From contig QPGO01000060.1 of NCBI GenBank assembly GCA_008632985.1, positions 186,001 through 250,000 on the forward strand: a stretch of 64,000 bases of DNA, given 5' to 3'. Position 1 is the stretch's first letter, and every line of letters starts with the position of its first letter. Shown in pieces: positions 46,530 through 59,784 of this stretch. The DNA comes from Psammoneis japonica. Taxonomy: Eukaryota. The notes under the pieces are model-generated. The model saw nothing but the letters and a program-made list of their open reading frames with translations, made no database searches and was not told the origin of the DNA. Both the position numbers and the translations under genes were made by a program.

Positions 46530-49500
46530 CAAGGGCAGTTTAGATGCATGCAAGCTGACCCTTGTCAAACTGAGCAAGCTCTGTGTGCACACAACGAGTG
46601 AGGCACTCCCTGCAAAAAATTGGCAATGCACCATCATTGGGGGTCACATCTTGGGAATTGTGCGCAGGAGCAGGCATTGTGGGGTGGTGGACGGAGATGG
46701 AGGAGGGGTCATCACATTCCCACCCACCACACATGAAGTCCCCGCAGGCGTCTCCAGTTTGACGTCTGCGGTCTTGACCTCCAAGCTGTGCAGAGCTGCT
46801 GGAGTGAATGCAATCCTGACAATCTTGTGGGACATGACACTGGCATGTGTCAGTGTTGCCAGGGTGTCTGTCATGCCAGCATGCCCACTGGCTGTGTGGC
46901 ATGCCTTGTGCCTGAAGTCTTGAAGTTTTACATCAAACACCAGATGGCATCTGACATGCTGACATCCTGTCAGCTCCTCCTCATCTGTCAATGACTTGGA
47001 ACGCTTTCCAAATGACTCCTGTTTCCTTGTCAATGGTGAATTGCCACTGCTGGTCACCATTGGACTCATCAATCTTGACTGCCTCATTGCACATCTTGGG
47101 GGTGCACATGCTGCACTCATGCGCGCACTTGCAATGTCACTTGTTCACTGCAGGAATGATTCGCCTCCTCTTTCTGAGGGCAAAAGGGACCCACTGTTCT
47201 CCGCAGATTGAGACATGGCACACTCAGCCAGTTCAACAGGGTTGGACTCTTTGAGGTCTGCCAGATGTTGCCATGAAGTTGTGCCATCCTTCCAACACAC
47301 ACAAAGGTGCCATCCTTTGGTCATCTTGCAGATGGGCTGTCATCCTCTGCTGTCCTGAGTAAAGTCATCCTCCTTTCTGACTGTCACACTGGGCAAACAT
47401 GTCTTCAGCTGTGACATCAGCTGCAAATTCCACCTCCTGACTGTCAGGAAATTCTGTTTTGTGCACACGAGTGTCAAGGATGGGGTTGGGGGGTTTGCTC
47501 TGCCAACTGGTGTTCCATCTGGGTTGAGCTCACATCTCATCACTGTGCCTGTCTGCTGTTTGTCCCCATGAGGTGGCAGCACCTCAGCATTGTTACAGGC
47601 ATTGAATGCTTGATCCAGGACATTGTTTGCATCTGGTGCACACTTGCCAGAACATCCTGCTCCTCCTTGTCTTTGCATGGATTGAAGGCAGGGACAATTA
47701 CACTGGGATCATTGATGTCCCTGATTGTCATGCCAGGTCCTAATTTGGTCTCTGTCAATCCATTGAACTTTTCATGCAATGCCAAATGTGTCTGGTGGTG
47801 CAGTTCCTCAGGAGTCAGAGATCAATGGGAGGAGCAGTGGACTGCTTGTCCATTGGTCCTTCAACATCTCAGCCATCATGGCTGGACCTGCATCCCGGCT
47901 TGGACCCAGGTGTCACCCTGGGACTTCTTTGTCTTCAGGGAATGGGACTGTGGTGTCCCCAAACATGACCCAGTTGCACCAGGCAAGCTCACAAACATGC
48001 GAGATGTCTGCCATCTGTCTGGACACAATTGTTTCCAGGACTTCACCATCAAGTTTGAACATGTCATGAACAGCGTTGGATTGGACAAGAGCTTCAAGCT
48101 CAAGGCAGTTGTCCCAAAGACATTTGGGGGCTTGTGTCTTTGCTGTTTTGCATCCATGCCATGCTTGAGTTTACAAACAGTGCCCTCTGTGGCATTCAAC
48201 CATGGAGCACATGGTTCAGTTTGTCCAATGTGGCAATCTGACTCCCTGGCTTTGGCATTGAACTGCCCCAATGTCTCCTCTTTAGCTCTGTCCATGATCA
48301 TTGTGTGCTTGTGTGCAAGATGTTTGCTCTTCAAGGGACAAGCACATGCCCATCTGTTGGACATGCCAAAAACCTGGACACATGTGTTCCCTGTCTGGAC
48401 TTGACCAAGGAGAATGTGGTGTTGGAGTGCACATCCTTCGAATTGTGCCTGCATCATAGTTGATGATCATTGGTCCTAAACCAATGCAACAAGGTTGGGT
48501 GGAGCACTGTCCAAATGCCACATTGAGCAGTGACCTTGACAGCATTCTTGGCACACTTCAAACTGACAGACCAGTTCCTGGCCAGCTGTTCAGCATCCAC
48601 TTGCTGTCCCCTTTTCGTCATCTTGAGCAAAAAGAGGCCAATGGAAGCAAGCAGCATGTGGTCATTACAAGCATTCAAAATGCCATGCAGCATCTGGTTT
48701 TCCAGACAGTCTGAGGCTTCTTGTGCCACCGTGCACAAGAGCTTTGTGCTCATGATTTAAATCTGAGGACCCGCATTATCCCTGGTCTCATGGATGTGGC
48801 CAAGTAGATCTGTCATGGCGTCCTCCCTGGCTTGACAGTCTTTTGCCTGTGAGTCTCATTCTGGGGACTTACAAGTTGGTTCATGAACTGTGCCATCCTG
48901 CACAGCTGCCTCACATTCAGAAGTGGTGGGTTTGGTCACAGGGAAACAGCTGGTGACTCAATGAAGTTCCAATGGAATGGTCAGTGTGTCCCTGTCCACA
49001 GAGTCTGGACTGCTGCTGCATGTGACTCATCATCGGGCTTTGTTGTCAGCAGGAATTCAGGTTGCAGTTTGACTCCCACATGATTCAGCCACAATTGCAT
49101 TGGGTGCAGAAGGTTGTGCTCTGGGTGTGGCATGTGCACAGCCTGGTGGATGACCAGGACATGTTGGTGGCCCGTGCTGGGGTCTGTGTGCATTGCAGCC
49201 CAACTGATGGCACACAAGCTCTTGCTCGTACCCTGCATTGGGTCACACCCTGCAACATCTGCTGGACAATCATGGTCAAGCAGTGTTAAAGCCAAGCATG
49301 TTTTCCCAATGCGCTCACATCTGCATGACCATCTAATTCAGTCCATGCTTCTGTGCACACATGTCCCAACATTGCTGTCTGAGTCATGTGCAGGGTCTGC
49401 AATGGACTGAGGTAGAGGACTTTTGGGGGAAAGAGATCATTCAGATCCCTTTGTCTTGGCCTTCTTCTTTGCTTTCTCCTCCATGCTCTTCTTGAGCTCA

Positions 49501-51050
49501 GCCCTCTTGTCCTTTGAGTGCTGGAAGTTGGAATGGCAGCCAATGCGATGCTTGACAGTGGGTGGACATTCCTCTGTCTTGCCAGCAGTGTTGTCCTGCT
49601 GGTCCTCAACATGAGTGACAACAGCTGCAACTGCACTCGTGAGGACCTTGATTTGTTTGGCAGTTTCAGCTGAACCATCTTTCCTTGGTCGCCATGTGCA
49701 TTGCAAAGGCTCCTGAGCATCTTGCGGGCTTTCAGAGACATTTTCTTGTGCTCCTTGGGAGGGTGGTGCTTGTCTTCAACATCCATGGCATGGACAACAT
49801 TGCACTTGCATCTTAGTTTTAAGAGCAAGCTGCAATGCAGAGCTTCCACAAGTTGCTGTTGGGCTTGAACTGTTTCAAAAAGTCCTTGAACAGGACTGTG
49901 CATCTCTCAAAGTCAATGTGGCAGTTGGCATTGGCCATGATCTGTGCCTTTTTGACCAAGTTAAGAGCAGGGTCCTTCATGCTCTCAAAAAGATGGCACA
50001 CCTTGGAGCACTTGTCAATTCCCACATGGTCACAATGCTCGAGTCCTTCAAGGACAGTGTGTTGCTCAACATGAACATGTGCGCACCACTCAAAATTCCA
50101 ATTGTGTCATTCTCCACTGTGGGAGAGTGAAGCCAAGCACTTCTTGGCCGCCATGGCCACATTGTCAACATTGTTGGGCCCAAGAAAGTGGTTGTGTACA
50201 AGTTCAGGCAGGCTGCCCTGCTGTTCTGATTGCATTGAGCCTTCTTTGCATGGGCCCAGGTTGAATGCTCCCATGCAACCAATGATGTGATGTCCCAGAC
50301 CTTGATGTTGTTGGTGGCAAAGGTCGTTGCAGGCTGAGGGTTGTCTCTGGTGGCAAAGTGTGGTGCTTGTGCAATCATTTTGGCACAGGCATTGGTGCAG
50401 CTGGTGTTGTCATTGTTGGCTTCTGGTGGCACCATCTGGTTCTCGTGGATGATGCACGCAAGCGGGACATCAGTTTTCCCATGGCACACCCACAGATGCT
50501 CCTTGATTGACTCCATTGTCTTGGGCCAGCCCTTGTCTGTGACAGTGGGTAGAGTTTCTGGGCTCTCACAGACAGTCTTGGCTGTCTGCAGGTGTTGCAG
50601 ACCTCTGACACAGTTCAGAGCAAAGTCTGTTGCATGCAACGTGCATGAGATTCACTCACAGTGATGAGTGGAGAAAGCTGCAAGCTTGAGGTTTGTCTCA
50701 GCTTGCAAGGATGCAGTTGTTCTGAAGAATGACTGAGGTGCACTTCAGAAGTCATCTTGGAGCAAGCTTGTTTCATTGCTTCCCAATGAAGTGTCTGCAG
50801 CAGCCAGCATTTGAGTCCAGGACCCATCAGAGGTGGTCCTGCAAGAACGTTTCTTCTTGTGCAACCCAAAATTCCTTCATTCATGTTGCAAGTGCATCAG
50901 ATGCAAAGCAGCCAGTGCCGGTCATTGCAACATGGGAGAACTTTCAGATGTTGAAGGTGGGCACTGCAACATCATCAACATTTGGTCATGAGGGCCACTT
51001 GTGCTCTCATGCAGAGAAAAGTGCCTTGGGTTGAGCTCTGCATTTTTCCA
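46530..51050 (-). mobile_element. Old degraded Copia (CoDi-like) retrotransposon, 3'-truncated
   Basis: gag (WPKTMESIKEHL..HGKTDVPLACII), protease (ELDGHAD), integrase (QTEPCAPWLNATEG), RT start (CHLVFDVKLQDFRHKA). Many stops and frameshifts. Confidence 0.85.
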
Positions 51051-51106
51051 TGAACTGAATTCATTTGTTTTGGACTGAACAAATGCCAACATGCTGTCAC
51101 AAACAC

Positions 51107-54100
51107 AGGCAGCCATTTGCTGTTGACCATTTGCCCACTGTCACTGAAACAGTGAACAACCCAGTGGCACACTGATGCACAATTCTGGAACCTGTCGATG
51201 CCACTCAACACTCAGTCTTGTCATTCACACCAATTCTCAGCTGTCAAAGCAGTGTTTGTTCACTTTGTCAGAGCTGCTGCACTGTGATGTTCATGCACCC
51301 AGCAATGGCATGATGAACACCATGACAGTGTTGTTGTGATCAATCCATTTTTGTGGCAAGCACCATGTTGGTCCTGTCATTGCTTGCACAATTGCTGAGT
51401 TTCACAAACATGAACCAAATGCTCTAATGGGGGCCAGAGCAGTGATCCATTAAACTCACTGTTGGAGTTCAATTTGTTTGATCACATGAGTGGAATGTGT
51501 TGTTTGATCACATGAGTGGAATGTGTTGGCCAAGACATGCAAACATTTGCAACATGATGTGTGCACAAATGTTGCAGAATGTCAAAGTTGTTGCATGAGG
51601 ACATGTGTCTGTCAGGGAATTGTCAGTTTTGCATTAAATGCTGCAAACAATGACGATGCAAACAGGTGACCTGACATGCCCGTGGGTTCACCAGTGGAGT
51701 TTGCTGCTGCAAGCTGAACACCACACAAATCTCCACTCACACAAGTGGGCGCTCATGCATTGAAATGGGAACAACACATGAGACACCATGGTGGCTGCTG
51801 CATCCTTTGCTGCCACTCTTTTGCATGTCACAGACATGACAGCCAGATGAGGCAGCTCATTGCCAACCATGGTTTTGCCAGTGTCAAGGACCTGGAACAG
51901 GTCCCTCTTGCAAAGATCAGCAAAATGCATGAGGGGATCATGAAGGCCTTGGATGTGGCTGCTGGCCCCCAAGTCCAATTTCTGCATCTTGCAAACCCAA
52001 AGTTCAAGGCTTTGTGCTTGTGGGCAGACCAAGGAGCCTGAGAAAAAGAGACAATGCCGGCCATTTTTGTGGGCCAAGTGGATGGTGTGATTGACTGAGT
52101 TAGAACAGCTTAAGTTGGCTGACTCTGATGACAACACAAAGAGTTTGTTGAGCTCAGGCACTCATGAAATTGGCCCACCTTTTAAGAGTTGTTAGAAACC
52201 AAGCTCTGTCATCACCACAGCTCAGTCATGAGCATTCCTCCAATCCACCTCATGAGGGAACACAATCAGGTCATGGCAGAGATGTTGGCTGCAGACTGCA
52301 ATGCAATTGACCTCAACTTGGTCACTGTCACATGGCTGGAGGGAGCACAGTGCATGCAGGATTGCAAGCATCTGCATGGCTTGTTAAAGAAACCAGTTGT
52401 CAAAGGGCCTGGACAAGCATTCATCAAGCCATTGATCCACACTTGTGATGCCACAGTGCATTCTTTGCCTTGAAGAGGCAGGTGGAAGAGTTGGCTGCTG
52501 CCAGCTTCAGCAACAAGAACATGTGCACACACAAATTGCCACTGCCAACCACACCAGATGGGGTTGATGCACCATTGACCAGTGAACTCAATGCCGCCAG
52601 AAGGCTCACAATGACCTGCTGGAGCCAGGTGAGCCAGTGGCTGAGACCAAGAAGGTCTCTGACTTTGTCAAAGGCATCCCTGACCCAAGGCCAGAGATGG
52701 GCAAGAGCACAGTCAAAATGAAGACAACTCAAAGCTTCAAGGCAGAGTTTGTAACATCATGCACACACCATGCAAACAGAAGGTTTGGGAGAAAGTCCCT
52801 TGGCTTAAGTTCCCTGCTGCCAAGGGATGACTCTGTTCTGACCAGATGTTTTCAAAGGTCAGATCAATGCATGGTGGGGCAGGAGGCAGCGACTTCACCA
52901 ACAGAAGAGGGCATGACAGGTTCCATCCTTGGAAAGGGAAGCAGGACCACCCAGATGCTGCCATCATGTTCTTTGTGCATGATGTCAGCATGCCACAAAC
53001 CCTTGTGTTGGATGGTGTGCCAGAGACAACCAAAGGCCAAACCAAAGGCATTTGCAAAGAGCACAGGACACACCAGGAGGTGATGGTGCCATGTGGCCTT
53101 TGACAGAACCCAGCCAAGGTGTCCATTCATGAGTTGAAGAAAAGAGTCCAAATGACTGTACACTGAACTGGCTCACCACAATGTTTGTGGTCCTGCTGTG
53201 CTCAATGGGCATTTGCTGTTCATTGTTTTGTGGCCTCAAACATGTCCAAGATGAGAGGATGGGCACCCGAGGAGGAGACCCTGGGTTCTGCACCTGACAT
53301 CTCACCTCTCTCCTCATTTGACTGGTGTCAACCTGTTTGCTGCTGCGTGCTTGTGGTGGAGTTTCCACATGAAAAGAAGTGCATTGGTCAATGGCTTGGA
53401 GTGGCCAAGAACTCATCATTTTGGAAGGATGTGTGGGCTGCACCAGGGGACAACCTGAAAACACTCCAGCTGTCCAAGTGGATCTTGCACCAGTCAATCA
53501 GGCCCTGATCAAGAGACCAGGCAACCCTGAAGGGGGGACACTGAGACTGAATTCCCCAAATCTCCAGATGATTTGATGGACAATGATTGGGATGACCCCT
53601 GTGGAGCCCATGGAGCTGGACTCAACTTGACAAGAGGCAGATGAGTGCACCACAGAGGGGCCAGACAAATGTCTCACTGCCCAAGTTGTGCCACCATGTG
53701 GTGGTGAATTGACTCATGCCAGGGTCATTGCCCTTAATCATGACAGTGACAGTGTCCCTGTGGGCATGAGAAATGATGACCCTGTCCAGGATGTGTGTTG
53801 CCAACACAATTGCAGAAAATCTGTTCTCTCAGATTGATTCTGAGGGCAATGTGCACCAGATCATGAAAGAGACAACCAATCACCAAGTGATGCTTGCACT
53901 GCAAAGGTTGACAATGGTTGCATTGCAACTGGGTCTGGTCAACAAATGCCTGAAATGATGACCACAGGCTGGGATCTGCAGGTCAAAAGGAAGGGCAGGA
54001 TGACACCCCAGGTTCTTCTCAAGGATTTGAGGGAATCTCAAACCCAGTTGAGGTGGCTGAATGTGCTGCAGGAAACAAAGCAGCCAGCAAACCAGCCTTC

Positions 54101-55453
54101 AACTGGTGGCTCCATGATGTCTTACATTGGAGGACCAGGAACTTGAAGAAAGTCAAGTTGTGTCACTGGAAATGCATGCACAAGCACAAGTTCAGAACTG
54201 AACTCCCAAAATCTGTTGAGGAAGCCCCAGATGTGGGCAACAGAATGGGGGCTGACTTTTGGTCCAAGGTCACAAACAAGAAAATGCAGAATGTTGTGCC
54301 CACACTTGAACTCCACATTGACAATGCTGTGCCAGTCAGGTGCAAGCATGTTGACTGTCATGTGGTCTTCAACATTGAGAGCAATCTCTGACACAAAGCA
54401 AGATTTGTGTCTGGAGGCCACCAGACTGATCCAACAAAGCAATTGACTTCTTTTGTGTGGTGTCACACAGCAGCATGAAGATGGCTTTTGCTGTTGCAGC
54501 TCTCAATGACCTGGAGGTCTTGAGCGCCAATGCACAGAATGTCTGTCTGAAGACATTCACCAAGGAAAAGTGTTGCACTGCTGCTGGACTGGAATTTGGC
54601 AAGCAGAACAAAGGAAGGCCAGTTGTCATTGTCCAAGTGTTACATTGACTCAAGTCATCAGGTGTGGTGACAACTTTGCATGATGCTTGAGTCATGCAAA
54701 GTGGATCCAGATGTCTGGATGAGGCCTGCTGTCAAGTTGGACAGCCTCAAGTGCTGGGAACATGCACTCATCCACATGGACAATTTACCATGCATCTCCC
54801 ATGAACCTCAAAAAGTTGTGGATCACATGAGCTCTGGGTGCACATTGGAGGACGGAAGTGTCTGCAAACTGGAGGAGTGCATGGGTGCACAGATCAAAAA
54901 GTGCCAGCTGTCTGTTGCAGATGGTGAAACACACTTGGCCATGTTCTCTGACTTGCATGTCAAAAGGGCATTGGCCAATGTTGAGCCAGAGCAGAAAACT
55001 GACAGGTGCCTTCCAACGAAAGTGTCAACACCCTTGAGCTTGGGACACAGGCCTGAACTGGACAGTTCACCACAGTTGAATGCCAAAATGGCCAACTGCT
55101 GTCAAGGCCTCTCATCAGAGTGCTCAGGTGGGTGGTGGAGCTTGGGCAGATTGATGTTTTTGTTGCCATCTTGCTCATGTGATCCCACCCTCACAGCACC
55201 ACATGTGGGGCATCTGGATGAGGTGCTCCACATCTTCCTCTGCTTGAAGGCCCACTCCAGGTCTGCACTGGCAATCAACAACGCTGAGCCAATCTTCTGC
55301 AGGCAGTCATTTGCTGTTGGCAATTTGCCCACCATTGCTGAAACAGTGAACCCAGCAGTGCACTGATGCACAATTCTAGAACCTGTTGATGCTGTTCAAC
55401 ACTCAGTCTTGTCATCCACACCAATTCTTAGCTGTCACAGCAGTGTTTGTTCA
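51107..55453 (+). mobile_element. Second old degraded Copia (CoDi-like) retrotransposon, internally deleted, bounded by about 155-bp direct repeats
   Basis: Direct repeats 51107-51262 and 55301-55453. RT motifs PAFNWW, ELPKSVEEA, CHVVFNI, VDPDVWMRP, HALIHMDN (decayed YVDD region), HRPELD. Confidence 0.8.
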
Positions 55454-56145
55454 AAGCAACATGGCACCCACCTGCAGTCCTGAGCAACATGCCCGGCACC
55501 TCCCTTGGTTGACCATGTCCCACAACTGTGTCCATTGTGATGGAAGTTTTGTTTGGGAATGGAGTGTCAGTGCTGCTGAGCATCACTGTGGTGCAATGGA
55601 CAATGCCCTTTTGCACTTCTCATTTGATGAGTGTGAAACTCCATTGCGGAGTTGTCAAACTTGTCTAAAAAAAAAGAGACTTGGACTTGGCGTTGGGGAT
55701 TCTGAAGAGGATGGAGTAGACCGGGAAAGCAGTGCACGACATGTGAAATGGCGCACACTGGTGTTGAAAGAGACATTGCAATGCAACGGCAATGATCTGG
55801 AGGGCACTGATGCCAGAGAAGAATGCCCCACACTCAGCTGCTTGGAAGCAGTCTCTGCTGGTGTGGATGGTGATGAAGGAAAGACTGCAGTGACCCTGCC
55901 ACGGTTCTTTCGAGCTAGAAGCAGCTTTGCAGAGACACATTTGCGACATCCGAAGTTGGTTTCAGGGACAGAGACCTGGACAATCAGGTTTAAATCTGAA
56001 ACGCATCACTGGCCCTGGTTGTGAATTTGTCAACTGGACTGGGTTGTTGAACCAACGAAAGTGCAAAACAATGGCAAGTTAACTCCCCAAATGGTCTCGC
56101 AGCTTCCATCGGTTGGCAGACTGCTCGATTTTCATCAACGACCAG

Positions 56146-56870
56146 TCACTTTTGGCGAATGCTGGCCCCCAGGTTCACAGCAGAGATTCCCAACCTGAAA
56201 TCAGAATCAAATAAGAGCTCGCTTTTTCTCTTCCTTGGAAGTTCGTCTTCGAGTTGCGGTTCGCATTCCTGTTGTCGTTGCATGTGAAGGCGGTTCCCGC
56301 GAGGATCGCCGCAAAAATGTTGGACTGTCATCAAGCAATGTGTCCTTTTCGCTACCCAAGCTTTTTAGAAAGGGACTCTATGGCATTTGTTGCCCAGTCC
56401 TCATCTTCTTCCTTTCCATTTACTGGCGCTGCTCTTTGCATGTCAAACACAACAGCTTTTACTTCGCCATTTTCCTCGTAGATGCCCACATTCCGCCAAG
56501 CTGTGTCATCATGGCGCAAACCCTTATTTTTGAAATCTTCTGTCAGCATCAACTTCACGGCAGCCACTTCTTGCTTGGTTCGTTCCGGACATTGAAAACA
56601 AGGCATCAACAACACCATTGCCCCCACAACTGTCACAATTCGAAGACTGGAAACCGGTGCAAGATGCGAGCATGCCCTTTTCCACATTCGCTCTTCGTGT
56701 AACGCCTTACGATCAGCATCCTTGTGGAAAAACTTCAAAACGCCCACACCTCCCTTTGTACCACCAGAAACAAGGAACGCCCTGCCATCAGCGCCAGTTC
56801 CAAAATCGTGGTGTTTGAAGCATCAAAAAATGATGTGCAGCTCCTCCTGCAGCAGTCTAACAGCCTGGAT
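56146..56870 (-). pseudogene. Protein-kinase-like remnant
   Basis: GLRHDDTAWRNVG..KAVVFD resembles a catalytic loop plus DFG region. Fragmentary and TpA-poor. Confidence 0.5.
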
Positions 56871-57329
56871 GAAGTGGGAAACATGAGCCATTTCAAAAAT
56901 TTCAAATGTGAGACCTCAGCTGGAGTGGTCTAACAGCCTGGATGATGAAGTGTGGGAAACACGAGCTGGAAGATCCATCCTTGCAGGTCATCCATGATTT
57001 GACTCACTCATGAACCAATCTTCAAATCACCAATCCATCCAACCGCCAACTCTTAGACTTGCTGTTGCTTGTTGCACTCTTCTCTCTTCTCTGCATCTGA
57101 CTGAGCCTGTGTGCAATTTATCACAAGAACAGATCATCATGGAGTCACCTGTCTCTGAAAGCACTCCCCTCATCAGTGCCAACAACGGCACTGCAACAGG
57201 AGTCAAAGTCCCAGTTGCTTCTTGGGAACATTTGATTCCCTGTTGTCACTGTCTAAATCATCTGCCACATCTGCCCCACCACCGGCATTTGCTCAGCAGC
57301 CAACGATTCTTTCTGAATTGCCACGAGCA

Positions 57330-58330
57330 TTCTCAATGCAATGGACGACGACAAGCTCTGCAAGGCTGTCATGGCCCACAACGTGTTTGCTCATGCTTCC
57401 CCTCAAAACAAGATTTGTGTTGTGAAGGCCCTCCAAGCCAAAGGACAGGTTGCCAGCATGACTGGAGATGGAGTCAACAACGTGTGAGTGCTTTGACTTC
57501 TTTTTTTTTTCTCTTGTGTCCTTTTCTCTTGGGCTGCACTTTCTCACACTCTGTTCCATTGTTTCGCACTCGACTTTCAGTCCTGCTCTCAAGGCCGCCA
57601 ACATGGGTGTTGCCATGGGCAAAAAGGGAACCAATGCAGCTTGTGAAGCTTCCGAGATGATTCTTGCCAACGACAACTTTGCCACTGTCATCACCGCCAT
57701 TTGTGAGGGCCGCACTGTGTGGGACAACCTCTGCAAGGTGTTGTTGGTGAACACTCCCATCAACAAGTCTCAGGGTCTCTCCATTCTGTTTGGTTTTGCT
57801 TTCAGCCTTGAAGATGCCCCATTGATGGCCATTCATGTGTTGGGCTCCAACTTGATCTGTGCCATGACTCTTGGATTGTGTGCCCCGTTGAGCCTGCAGA
57901 AGATGGTGTCATGAACATCCCTCCTCACCGTGTTGGAAAACACCTCATTGGATGCTGCCTCTTCCTCCGTGTTGCTCTTGGAACCATTGCGTTGTCTGCT
58001 GCAGTTGTTGGATTGTCCTTTTGGGCTCACTCTCTTGACTGCACTCTTGAGGAACAGTGTGCCCAGGCCTTCAACACCTTGGACTTCGGCGCCATTGCCA
58101 TCACTGCAAGTGCTTGTTTCACTTGCAACAGTTCCATCCACCCCCACATTTTCAAGGGCAACATGTCTCTGTGGCATTCCGCCATTGTTGTCATTGTGCT
58201 CCAGCTCTTCACAACCTGCACCCCCAGTTTGAGACACCATCTTTGGCATGTCCGGCATGGATGGAACCCAGTGGGGCGTTGCCATTTTGATGATGGTTTC
58301 CGTCTTTTTTTGATCACATTGCACATGCCA
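57330..58330 (+). pseudogene. Degraded fragment of a P-type cation-transporting ATPase gene (intron retained at about 57484-57580)
   Basis: [29 protein letters not shown] | [42 protein letters not shown]. Frameshifts; N-terminal domains absent. Confidence 0.88.
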
Positions 58331-58388
58331 GGGAGAGCCTTGTGGTCGGCCCAGAGAACAAGTGGGCAGGAACAGAAAGGTGCAGTGA

Positions 58389-58736
58389 TTAGAAGGGTTT
58401 GAATTGAGTCACACTGATGTTTCCATTGCAGAGCTGTCCCACTTTCCACTCACCACAAAAGCCGAGTTGAGATCGAGCAATCCTCGCTCCCATTGCCTGC
58501 TGACCAGCAACAACCTCGCAATTGTCAGCAAAATTGCAATCACTTCCAATTCCTGCCTGAGTCCTGGTTGGCTCATGAGCCACAGCAGGAGCAGCCACAA
58601 GTGCAGCAGCCAGACCTGAGGCAATCGCTTCTCAGCGAGACGCCATGTCCAGTTTCACCGAGGTGCGTGCAGCATGCTTGGCAGGTGCAAAAGCCACAGC
58701 AAGCAGCACCATCACAGCAAAGAAAAGAAACTTCAT
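58389..58736 (-). pseudogene. Pseudogene of a plastid/thylakoid-lumen-targeted protein
   Basis: MKFLFF..VAFAP presequence, then SR*EAIASGLAAALVAAPAVA. The TGA is plausibly a CGA, which would give a twin-arginine signal. Confidence 0.55.
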
Positions 58737-59531
58737 GACAAAGAACACTGGGGGTTTGATGACAATCAGTTCAACAAATTGTGGAAGTGGGTTTTGGAGG
58801 TGGTGCAGATTGTGAGAACTCTGCCAAAGGTGCTCTGATGCGACATCTGTCAAAGGCCTGAACATGCGAACCCCTCTCGGAGAATCTTTTGTGCTCTTCT
58901 TGGTGTTGATTGCTGGGTCTCATCACACAAAACGACTTCAAAGTTGATGTGCGGCTTCGCATGCTGTAGATCCGTTGTCAGCCATAGAATGCTGCGGGAG
59001 AAACACACTGTGGTCTGTGGGATTGACGGATGAAAGCAAGACTCAGAAGATCCGGGTCTTTCAATTGTACCATGAAACGTAGAATTGTACATACATTGTC
59101 TGTGTTAGACCGACTCAGAGGGACAGTACACCCAATTCCTGAGGGACACGACACGCATACAAGTGCCATACACAGACACATAATCAATCGCACACAACAC
59201 GCACAATTTCCAAGGGACACGAAACCCTCACAAAATTTCACCAAGTCAATTTGCACGCAGCAAACTGCAGCAGCACGATGATGCGAGCCGCCGGTGTCCC
59301 ACTTTACGGCGTGATATCTCAATGATACTTTCACCGATTTTCCCGTTGCTTGTTTCATTCTTAACATAAATTGTATAATTCATCCAATGAGCTTGATTCC
59401 ATTGTGTGTCATTGTGAATTATGGATTTCTGTTTTGTTTGAAACCATGCAGCAATTTCAAATTTGGAGAAGCGCGCACTAAGGAAAGCGTGTACGAAGGA
59501 TCCAGGTTGTGCAGTATTTCGATTCCCAATT

Positions 59532-59769
59532 GTCGATCCGAAACTATTGACAGTGTCACACCAACGTATGTCATGTGACATGTGATAGAGCATATGATGT
59601 AGTATTTAAAATTAAGACTCCTACAAGGAATGCCAGTGCAAACAGTAAGCTAATCTGCCGTCGATCCGAAACTACCAGTGGTGTCGCATGATAGAGCACA
59701 TTAGGTTGTTAAAATTAAGACTCTTACAATAAACACTAGAGATACAAATAGCATGCTAATCTGCTGTCA
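59532..59769. repeat. Imperfect tandem duplication (about 110-130 bp) just downstream of the tyrosine recombinase ORF
   Basis: GTCGATCCGAAACTA..TGATAGAGCA..TTAAAATTAAGACTC.TACAA..GCTAATCTGC.GTC occurs twice. Confidence 0.8.
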
Positions 59770-59784
59770 ATGTGACTGGAGTTT

